Part shown: piece after piece, positions 55,743 through 64,000 of the stretch
Position numbering within the stretch: the stretch's first letter is position 1
Layout of the letters: every line of letters begins with the position of its first letter
NCBI GenBank assembly: GCA_035464655.1
Contig: DATHRZ010000102.1
Span: 18,894-82,893, forward strand
DNA length: 64,000 nucleotides
Reading direction: 5' to 3'
Source: Gemmatimonadota bacterium
Lineage (GTDB): Bacteria > Gemmatimonadota > Gemmatimonadetes > Palauibacterales > Palauibacteraceae
Notes under the pieces: model-generated
The model's input: the letters and a program-made list of their open reading frames with translations, nothing else
Told to the model about the DNA's origin: nothing
The model's database searches: none
Program-made: the position numbers and the translations under genes

Positions 55743-56096
55743 GCCGGGTTCTGTCCCGGGCCGAAGCCCTGGGGGTCATCTATCTGGGGCGCCGGTCACC
55801 CGGCGCCTCGTGCGGCCTACCCGAGCTCGGACGCGGCGGACCGCCGCTCGCTCTGTTCGGCCTTGCTCCTGGTGGGGTTTGTCGTGCCGCGGCCGTCGCC
55901 GGCGCGCGCGGTGGGCTCTTACCCCACCGTTTCACCCTTGCCTGTGCGCCGGAAACCGGCGCCATCGGCGGTCTGTTCTCTGTGACACTTTCCATCGCCT
56001 CGCGGCGCCCGGGAGTTACCCGGCACCATGTCCTGCGGAGCCCGGACTTTCCTCGACCGGCCGAATGGCCGGACGCGACCCCTTGTCCTTCCGCCA
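55727..56096 (-). ncRNA. rnpB: RNase P RNA (bacterial type A)
   Basis: Minus strand carries P4 halves GAGGAAAGUCCGGGCUCC (RC of 56030-56047) and ACAGAACCCGGCUUAU (RC of 55741-55756). P1 pairing GGCGGAAGGA / UCCUUCCGCC. GGUAAGAGCCCACC and AGCAAGGCCGAA-like conserved segments present. ORF-track frames here (e.g. 55780..56172) are artefacts. Confidence 0.85.
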
Positions 56097-56264
56097 CGGC
56101 GTCGTCGAGGCAATGTAACGGTCGGCGGCTCGCGGTGGTTCCCTCCCCGGCGCTGAAACTCGTCGGACGCACCGCGCGTCATGTGCTTCGTCGCCGAACG
56201 CTGGCCCCTGCCGACGGCGCACACTTAGGTTGACGCTCCACCCGACCGAAGGAGTTCCGAAACT

Positions 56265-56396
56265 ATGATTCGCACGCTACAGGCCGTTCGCGGGTTCGCC
56301 CTCACTCTCATGGCTTTGACAGTCGTTCCGGTGTCGCAACTTGCCGCGCAGGCCACGTGTTCTTCAGCGAGTTCAACTCGGGCCTGTGGGCGGTAA
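56265..56396 (+). CDS. candidate small ORF (43 aa, signal-peptide-like) upstream of beta-propeller gene
   Basis: AAGGAG 9 nt upstream of ATG; MIRTLQAVRGFALTLMALTVVPVSQLAAQA looks like a signal peptide. Codon GC3 lower than the genome norm. Could be a leader peptide or artefact. Confidence 0.3.
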   Translation: MIRTLQAVRGFALTLMALTVVPVSQLAAQATCSSASSTRACGR

Positions 56397-56424
56397 AGCT
56401 GGAGCCGCAGCGCGAACTCGTTCC

Positions 56425-57612
56425 ATGAGCGTCACGGGGACCATGACCCGGGCGGGCGCCGCCTTGCTCGTAACGATGCTCGGGGCACTGGCGGGCGATC
56501 TGCCGGCCCAGGAACCGCCGCCCGGCGACTACTACGTCTACGCCGCCGCCGAATCCGAGGACGAGGTCGCGCTGATCCGCTACGGGCCCGAGGGCGCCGA
56601 AGTGATCGAGACGATCGTCGTCGGCCTGTATCCGACCGAGATCGACGGTCCTCACGGGATCACGGTCGATCCGCGGAACGGGCGCTGGTACGTGACGGTC
56701 GCGCACGGCAATCCGTTCGGCGAAGTCCACGCATACTCGACGGCCGACAATCGGCGAGTCGGACGGGTCGAGGTCGGACTGTTTCCAGCCACGATGTCGC
56801 TCACTCCGAGCGGTCTGATGTTCGTCGTGAACTTCAACCTGCATGGAGACCCGGAACCGAGCACCGTCTCGGTGGTCGACACGGGCTCGCTGACCGAGCT
56901 CGCGCAGATCCCGACCTGCGAGACGCCGCACGGCTCGCGGCTCTCGACCGACGGACGGCACAATTACCTGGTGTGCGTGCGCGACGACCAGCTCGTGGAG
57001 GTCGACGCGCATCGCCTGGAGGTGGCCCGGCGCCTCTACGTCGCCCCCGAACGCGAGCGAGAGCTTCCGTTGGGCACCCTCGACGCCGACACGTACCTGG
57101 GCCGCGAAGCCGCGCCTCCGAACGCGCCGCGCTGTGGTCCGACCTGGGCACAACCCTCGGTCGACGGCCGGTACGTGTACGTGGCCTGCAACCGCAACGC
57201 CGAGGTGCTCGAGGTCGACGTCGACGAGTGGAAGGTCGTGAGACGATTCGCCACGGGGGCGGGCCCCTACAACCTCGACGTGTCTCCGGACGGTCGATGG
57301 CTGGTCGTCACCTACAAGGGCGCACAGGCCACGGGCGTCATCGACCTGGCGACGGGCGAGACGCGGAGGGTGGCCAACACGCGCCGGCTGCCGCACGGCG
57401 TGGCCGTGAGCCCCGATTCTCGCTACGCGTTCATCAGTGTCGAGGGAATCGGTGGCGAGCCGGGGACGGTAGACGTCATCGACCTCGAGGCCGCCCGGCT
57501 GGCCGCGTCCGTCGACATGGGCAAGCAGGCCGGCGGCATCGGATTCTGGAGGTTCGTGCCGTCGGGGTTCGGGAGATCGTCGCCGGACGGTGGCTTCAAC
57601 GGCAGCAGGTGA
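56425..57612 (+). CDS. secreted YVTN/YncE-like beta-propeller repeat protein
   Basis: Signal peptide (TRAGAALLVTMLGALAGDLPAQE), repeated about 40-residue units with PHG..V.PDGR..YV patterns. Start taken at ATG 56425 rather than ORF-track 56341. Confidence 0.7.
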   Translation: MSVTGTMTRAGAALLVTMLGALAGDLPAQEPPPGDYYVYAAAESEDEVALIRYGPEGAEVIETIVVGLYPTEIDGPHGITVDPRNGRWYVTVAHGNPFGEVHAYSTADNRRVGRVEVGLFPATMSLTPSGLMFVVNFNLHGDPEPSTVSVVDTGSLTELAQIPTCETPHGSRLSTDGRHNYLVCVRDDQLVEVDAHRLEVARRLYVAPERERELPLGTLDADTYLGREAAPPNAPRCGPTWAQPSVDGRYVYVACNRNAEVLEVDVDEWKVVRRFATGAGPYNLDVSPDGRWLVVTYKGAQATGVIDLATGETRRVANTRRLPHGVAVSPDSRYAFISVEGIGGEPGTVDVIDLEAARLAASVDMGKQAGGIGFWRFVPSGFGRSSPDGGFNGSR

Positions 57613-57717
57613 CCCGGTGTTTTGAGGAGCGTCATCCAGGCGCACCGACGAGATCGAACTACGAGGAGCAGGCACGTGCACGATACAGGGCGGACGGGCA
57701 GACGACGGGCGAGCGGC

Positions 57718-58347
57718 ATGGCCGCGGTGATCGCGGTGGCGGCTCTGGCGTTTCCGGCAGGCGCAACGGCTCAGGCGTACCAGGCGACGGTGACGCCGCC
57801 GACGGTCGAGCTGACCGGCTATTTCGGGGCTGTCTTTCCAATGTCGGTGCTGGGCTCGCAGGGCGACACCCTGAAGGCCGACCTGTCGACGAAGCCGGCA
57901 TTCGGCGCCGGCCTCGAGTACTGGTTCGGCGGAGGGTTCGGCATCGGCGTGGCGGGCGGATTCACGTCCCCGGGCATCTCGCTGACGACGGCCGACGCGG
58001 GAACCGGCGGACAGGACGTCGTCGACCTCGGCACGGTTGACTACCTGCACGGCGAGGCGCTCCTCCTGTGGCGTCCGCAGTTCACGTCCTCCGCGGCGGT
58101 CCTGCTCCCCTATTTCGGGGCTGGCGCCGGCATACGTCGCCTCGACTTCGAAGACGGCTCGGGCTTCGAGGACGGCTCGGACGTGACGATCGTGCTGAAC
58201 GCCGGCACTCAGATCTGGGTGTCCGAGGGTGTTCACCTGCGTCTGGACATTCGTGACCTGATCTCATCGTACGAGGGGGGGGTGTTCGAGAGCTCCGACC
58301 TGCAACACGACCTGTTCGTGCAGGTCGGTCTGGGCGTCGGCCTGTGA
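57718..58347 (+). CDS. outer-membrane beta-barrel protein (OmpA-like barrel/OmpW-type)
   Basis: Signal peptide MAAVIAVAALAFPAGATAQA, alternating hydrophobic beta-strands with Gly-rich turns, C-terminal aromatic-rich strand. ATG at 57718. Confidence 0.6.
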   Translation: MAAVIAVAALAFPAGATAQAYQATVTPPTVELTGYFGAVFPMSVLGSQGDTLKADLSTKPAFGAGLEYWFGGGFGIGVAGGFTSPGISLTTADAGTGGQDVVDLGTVDYLHGEALLLWRPQFTSSAAVLLPYFGAGAGIRRLDFEDGSGFEDGSDVTIVLNAGTQIWVSEGVHLRLDIRDLISSYEGGVFESSDLQHDLFVQVGLGVGL

Positions 58348-58360
58348 CGCGGGGGCCGTC

Positions 58361-58891
58361 TTGAGCTCCGATCCCGCACCGCTGATCTCGGCTGAGGAGA
58401 TCGCCGCCCGCGTTGCCGAGATCGCGGCCGAAATCGACCGCGACTACGCCGACGTCGACGAGGTTCTGATGCTGGGCGTCTTGCGTGGGGCGTACATCTT
58501 CCTGGCCGACCTGTCGCGGCAGCTCTCGCTTCCACGGCGCATCGACTTCATCTCGCTGTCGAGCTATGAGAAGGCCAATGCCTCGGGCGGGGTGCGGCTG
58601 ATCATGGACGCGCGCGTGTCACTCGCCGGCCGCCACGTGCTCGTCGTCGAGGACATTCTCGACTCGGGACGGACGCTCGCCTACCTCATGCGCCTGTTCG
58701 GCGCGCGAGGCCCGGCCTCGCTCAAGTCCTGCGTGCTGGTGCGGAAGCCGAACCCCGAGGTGCAGGTGGACGTCGACTACGTGGGGTTCGATATTCCCGA
58801 CGAGTGGGTGGTCGGCTACGGACTCGACTACGACGACCGGTATCGGGCCCTGCCCTACATCGGGGTGCTCACGCCCGATCAACTCGACTGA
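58361..58891 (+). CDS. hpt: hypoxanthine phosphoribosyltransferase
   Basis: PRPP-binding motif VLVVEDILDSGRTL. Confidence 0.9.
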   Translation: MSSDPAPLISAEEIAARVAEIAAEIDRDYADVDEVLMLGVLRGAYIFLADLSRQLSLPRRIDFISLSSYEKANASGGVRLIMDARVSLAGRHVLVVEDILDSGRTLAYLMRLFGARGPASLKSCVLVRKPNPEVQVDVDYVGFDIPDEWVVGYGLDYDDRYRALPYIGVLTPDQLD

Positions 58892-58904
58892 CGACGCAGA
58901 TGTA

Positions 58905-60379
<1,475 letters not shown>

Positions 60380-60496
60380 GGCTCCACTCCGGCCCCGGCC
60401 GGTGACAGGGCGTGAGTGTCGCTCAGCCGATTCTCTGCAGGACGTGGGCGCCACCCATCCAGGGAGGCATGCGTCACGCGGCGGAGAAACCTGACA

Positions 60497-61576
60497 TCAG
60501 CCGCCCGCGCCGTCGGTGAAGTTGCTGCCGGTGAATACTTCGGCGCCGTCGGACGTGCGAACCCCCATACGCGGGGCACCGCGATCGTAGCTCCAGACCG
60601 CGCCGATCTCGCCCGCCTTGTTGATTGCGACGAACTTCTCGCCCGGCATGAAATCGGGATTCACCTTCCGGTACTTGCGGCGGATCATCTCGAGGGCGTC
60701 CTCGCACGCTTCCTGGGGCGACCGGCCGGCCGCCATCCGCATCACGATGTAGTAGGTGGCGCACGATTTGATCACGTCCTCGCCACGTCCCGTTGCACCG
60801 GCGGCGCCGACGTCGTTGTCGACGTACAGGCCCGCCCCGATGATCGGCGAGTCGCCGATTCGCCCCGGGATCTTCCAGCTCAGCCCGCTCGTGCTCGTGA
60901 TTCCCGCGACATCGCCGTTCACGTCGACGGCGAGCACGTTCACGGTGCCGTAGTGGTGCGCCGCCGGCGGCGGACGCGACGCCTCCGTCTCGGGCAGGCC
61001 ACGCAGGTGATCGGGCGGGCCCCAGTCGTCGTTCTCGCCGCGCTCCTCGCGCCATTTCAGCCACTCTTCGCGCGCCCGTTCGGTCAGCAAGTTCTCTTCC
61101 TCGAACCCGAACGACTTCGCGAACTCGAGGGCGGCCGGACCGACCAGCATGACGTGGTCGGTGCGGTCCATCACCAGGCGGGCGACCGACGACGGCGTCT
61201 TGATGCCTTCCAGCGACGCGACGGCACCGGCGTTGTACGTCCGGCCGTCCATGATCGACGCGTCGAGCTGCACGACGCCGTCCTCGTTCGGCAGGCCTCC
61301 AAATCCGACCGACGTGTCCTCGGGATCCACCTCGATGACATTCGTCGCCTGCTCCACGGCGTCGATCGCTCGTCCGCCGGCCGCGAGGATCTCCCAGCCG
61401 ACCTCCATCGCCTCGCGCCCGGTGTCGTTCGAGTGGCTCGTGACGATCAGCGGCGTAGCCGCGCCGGCTGCCGCGCGCGGGCGGCCGGGGAAGCGCAGTG
61501 AAGGAAGCAGCAGGCCGCCCGCGGCGACCCCGAAGCTCCGGTTCAGAAAGTTCCGGCGGGACAGAGGGTTCGGCAT
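60497..61576 (-). CDS. Ntn-hydrolase asparaginase family protein (isoaspartyl peptidase/glycosylasparaginase-like), Tat signal
   Basis: Twin-arginine signal SRRNFLNRSFGVAAGG; autoproteolytic HYGTVNVLAVD (Thr nucleophile) and GAGLYVDNDVGAAGATGRGE motifs. ATG at 61576. Confidence 0.8.
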   Translation of the reverse strand: MPNPLSRRNFLNRSFGVAAGGLLLPSLRFPGRPRAAAGAATPLIVTSHSNDTGREAMEVGWEILAAGGRAIDAVEQATNVIEVDPEDTSVGFGGLPNEDGVVQLDASIMDGRTYNAGAVASLEGIKTPSSVARLVMDRTDHVMLVGPAALEFAKSFGFEEENLLTERAREEWLKWREERGENDDWGPPDHLRGLPETEASRPPPAAHHYGTVNVLAVDVNGDVAGITSTSGLSWKIPGRIGDSPIIGAGLYVDNDVGAAGATGRGEDVIKSCATYYIVMRMAAGRSPQEACEDALEMIRRKYRKVNPDFMPGEKFVAINKAGEIGAVWSYDRGAPRMGVRTSDGAEVFTGSNFTDGAGG

Positions 61577-61651
61577 GGGTGTCGTCTCCGGTGTGAGGTC
61601 ACGTGCGGCGCACCGGGAAGCTACTCCCCTCACTGTCCGCGCGACAACGCG

Positions 61652-61818
61652 TCAGGAACCGTCCCGTGGGATCGACTTCACGTCGGCGCGGCTGTCGACC
61701 AGCGACTCGGTGAACTCCTGGCGCTTCAGCAGCAGGTCCATGCGGTCCTCTATCGTCTCGACGTGTCGCGACAGTGCCCGGACCTGCTCGCCGAGTTGAT
61801 CGATCTGCACCTGGCCCA
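61652..61818 (-). CDS. candidate small coiled-coil ORF (about 55 aa, GTG start)
   Basis: Frame with high GC3 encoding (M)GQVQIDQLGEQVRALSRHVETIEDRMDLLLKRQEFTESLVDSRADVKSIPRDGS. Missed by the ATG-only ORF track. The overlapping 82-aa ATG ORF (61599..61847) is Gly/Arg low-complexity and less convincing. Confidence 0.3.
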
Positions 61819-61850
61819 CCGCCCCCTCCGACCTGATGCGGATCCATTCC

Positions 61851-63032
61851 TCAGTACGCCGGAAGCCCCGTGATCTGCTGGCCGAGAATCAGCCCGTGGA
61901 TGTCGTGCGTGCCCTCGTAGGTATAGACCGACTCGAGGTTCGCCATGTGCCGCATCGACTGGTATTCGACCAGGATGCCGTTCGCGCCGAGCAGGCGCCG
62001 CGCCTCGCGTGCGCACTCGCAGGCCATGTCGACGTTGTTGCGCTTGGCCATCGACACCTGGGCCGGGGTCATGGTGCCCGCGATCTTCATACGCCCAAGC
62101 TGCAGGGCGAGGAGCTGCGCCTTGGTGATCTCGGTAAGCATGTCGGCCAGGCGCGTCTGCTGGATCTGCGTGCCGCCGATCGGCGTGTCACCGAACTGCA
62201 CGCGGTTCAGCGAGTAGTCGCGCGCCTCGCAGAAGCAGGCCATCGCGGCCCCCACCGCACCCCACGCGATCCCGTAGCGCGCCTGCGTCAGGCACATGAG
62301 GGGGCTCTTCAGCCCACCGCTCTCGGGCAACAGGTTGTCCGCCGGCACGCGCACGTCCTGGAGGACGAGTTCGCTCGTGTCGGAGGCGAGCAGCGACAGC
62401 TTGCCCTTCTGGTCGCGCGCACTGAACCCGTCGCGGTCGGTCTCGACGATGAACCCGCGGATCGACGAGACGTCGTCGATCTCGCCGGTCTTCGCCCAGA
62501 TCACGGCGACGTCGGCGTGCGATCCGTTAGTGATCCACATCTTCGAGCCGTTCAGCACCCACTCGTCGCCGTCCTTCTCGGCCCGCGTGAGCATGCCGCC
62601 CGGATTCGAGCCGAAGTCGGGCTCGGTGAGCCCGAAGCAGCCGATCGCTTCGCCGCTGGCGAGCTTCGGGAGCCACGTCTCGCGCTGCGCTTCGGAGCCG
62701 AAGGCGTAGATCGGGTACATGACGAGGGCGCCCTGCACGGAGACGAACGAGCGCAGCCCCGAGTCGGCTCGCTCGAGCTCCTGCATGATCAGGCCGTAGG
62801 CCACGTCGTTCAGGCCCGCACAGCCGTACCTCTCGGGCAGATTGGCCCCGAAGAAGCCGAGCTCGCCCATCTGGGGAATCAGCTCGACCGGAAACGTCCG
62901 CGCGATGTAATGCTCGTTGATGATCGGCATCACCTCGGCGTCCACCCAGTCGCGAACCATGTCTCGTACGGCCCGCTCCTCGTCGTTCAGCAGCTCATCC
63001 GTCGCGTAGAAGTCAACGCCCTCGAAGCTCAT
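61851..63032 (-). CDS. acyl-CoA dehydrogenase (glutaryl-CoA dehydrogenase-like)
   Basis: ACAD fold motifs (GCFGLTEPDFGSNPG, YEGTHDIHGLILG) and catalytic-base region. Confidence 0.9.
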   Translation of the reverse strand: MSFEGVDFYATDELLNDEERAVRDMVRDWVDAEVMPIINEHYIARTFPVELIPQMGELGFFGANLPERYGCAGLNDVAYGLIMQELERADSGLRSFVSVQGALVMYPIYAFGSEAQRETWLPKLASGEAIGCFGLTEPDFGSNPGGMLTRAEKDGDEWVLNGSKMWITNGSHADVAVIWAKTGEIDDVSSIRGFIVETDRDGFSARDQKGKLSLLASDTSELVLQDVRVPADNLLPESGGLKSPLMCLTQARYGIAWGAVGAAMACFCEARDYSLNRVQFGDTPIGGTQIQQTRLADMLTEITKAQLLALQLGRMKIAGTMTPAQVSMAKRNNVDMACECAREARRLLGANGILVEYQSMRHMANLESVYTYEGTHDIHGLILGQQITGLPAY

Positions 63033-63310
63033 GGTTCCTCTCTATCGGGTTTCAGTCTCAGGGATGGCTCGTCATCGTCGTCCGACTCGCCGCTCGTCAT
63101 CCAGCGGCCGCTCGGATCCTCGTCGGTGGCTCTCCGGATCCCGCGAACGACCTCGCGGCCGATGCGCAGTCCGAGATAGTACGCGGCGGCGAGGGGCAGG
63201 AGCCAGGCCGTCGGCGACAGCACGCCTTGGAACTCGGACAGCGCGATCCAGGTTGCGAACGGGATGGTGATGCCCGCCGCGATGAAATGGGGAGTCCAGC
63301 GGCCTCGCAT
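63029..63310 (-). CDS. candidate small membrane protein (93 aa, two TM helices)
   Basis: ATG at 63310. TPHFIAAGITIPFATWIALSEF and SPTAWLLPLAAAYYLGLRIG hydrophobic helices, acidic tail. ATGA junction with the ACAD start. Sits in the C-terminal part of an artefact-looking 253-aa ORF. Confidence 0.4.
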   Translation of the reverse strand: MRGRWTPHFIAAGITIPFATWIALSEFQGVLSPTAWLLPLAAAYYLGLRIGREVVRGIRRATDEDPSGRWMTSGESDDDDEPSLRLKPDREEP

Positions 63311-63312
63311 TG

Positions 63313-64000
63313 CTAGCCCAGGCGCGCCACGACGGCGGCGGCGAACTCGTCGGTGCCGGCACTCCCGCCCAGGTCGCGCGTCAGGGTCTCGCCCGCGTGC
63401 AGCGTGTCGAGCAGTGCGCCCCGCACGCGCTCGGCGGTCTCGCCGAGTCCCAGATGATCGAGCATCAGGCAGGCCGCGAGGAGGAGGGCCGTCGGGTTCG
63501 CGAGGTTCTTCCCCGCAATGTCGGGCGCCGAACCATGTACGGCCTCGAAGATCGCGGCGTCCTTGCCGATGTTCGCGCCCGGGGCGAACCCGAGCCCGCC
63601 CACGAGGCCCGCCGCCTGATCGGACAGGATGTCGCCGAACATGTTCTCGGTGACGATCACGTCGAACTGGTGCGGGTCGAGCACGAGCGCCATCGCCGTC
63701 GCGTCGACGATGCGGTCTTCGAACTCGATCTGGCCCTCGTACTCGGCGGCCACCTCGCGGCCGACGTCGAGGAACAGTCCCTGGGTGCACTTGAGGATAT
63801 TCGCCTTGTGGACGAGCGTCACCTTGCGCCGGCCGTGGGCGAGCGCGTACTCGAACGCGTGCCGCACGATGCGCTCGGAGCCGAAGCGGGTGATCAGCAT
63901 CACCGACTCCGCCACCGCTTTCGGATCCTGGTTCATGCCGATGTAGTGCTCGATGCCCGCGTACAGTCCCTCGGTGTTCTCGCGCACGATGACGAGGTCG
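63313..64000 (-). CDS. isocitrate/3-isopropylmalate dehydrogenase family protein, 5' end beyond window
   Basis: [41 protein letters not shown] motifs of the IDH/IMDH family. The N-terminus lies outside the window. Confidence 0.85.
   Translation of the reverse strand, partial: DLVIVRENTEGLYAGIEHYIGMNQDPKAVAESVMLITRFGSERIVRHAFEYALAHGRRKVTLVHKANILKCTQGLFLDVGREVAAEYEGQIEFEDRIVDATAMALVLDPHQFDVIVTENMFGDILSDQAAGLVGGLGFAPGANIGKDAAIFEAVHGSAPDIAGKNLANPTALLLAACLMLDHLGLGETAERVRGALLDTLHAGETLTRDLGGSAGTDEFAAAVVARLG

Noticed and set aside
55780-56224. Minus-strand ORFs of 101-130 aa over the rnpB region
   Set aside because: The segment carries the conserved P4, P1 and loop sequences of RNase P RNA. The ORFs are compositional artefacts.
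61599-61847. 82-aa ATG ORF (MDPHQVGGGGGPGADRSTRRAGPG...)
   Set aside because: Gly/Arg/Pro low complexity. An alternative frame over the same DNA encodes a more protein-like coiled-coil peptide, itself only a low-confidence candidate.

Overview
The window is GC-rich (about 70%) chromosomal core DNA from a diderm bacterium; Omp85/TamA, TamB, Lgt and a TonB-like domain indicate an outer membrane. It is almost entirely housekeeping. No transposases, integrases, CRISPR arrays or recognisable defence/toxin genes are visible. From about 12.7 kb to 55.4 kb every supported gene is on the minus strand (about 42 kb co-directional), and many neighbours are joined by 4-nt start/stop overlaps (GTGA, TTGA, ATGA), with GTG and TTG used heavily as start codons. 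Because the supplied ORF track reports only ATG-initiated frames, several true starts had to be re-derived from the sequence. Confident genes include korA (partial), rnhB-rplS-trmD-rimM-rpsP-ffh, purA, trpS, uvrA, lysA, htpX, lgt-tamA-tamB, tsaD, rsmB, thiG-thiS-thiE, fmt-def-yajC, tgt-queA, ruvCAB, yebC, an EF-G paralogue, ddl, mutS, holA, an ECF sigma/anti-sigma pair, two M16 peptidases, hpt, thiC, and partial KorA / IDH-family genes at the two edges. RNA features not on the ORF track: tRNA-Lys(TTT), RNase P RNA (rnpB, type A) on the minus strand at about 55.7-56.1 kb, and a TPP riboswitch upstream of thiC. The long ORFs on the track that run antisense to these genes are artefacts of high GC. 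Things worth a second look: a pspB-like / ybjN-like / pspA cluster; a kinase-less PASTA protein and YbbR(CdaR)-like protein with no diadenylate cyclase; lgt-tamA-tamB with a 1506-aa TamB; acidic Ala/Glu-rich C-terminal extensions on S16 (with a perfect 21-nt tandem duplication) and L19; a promoter plus terminator-like hairpin in the ffh leader; and several unreported small ORFs. Nothing here constitutes an unambiguous new system; the items above are the best candidates.
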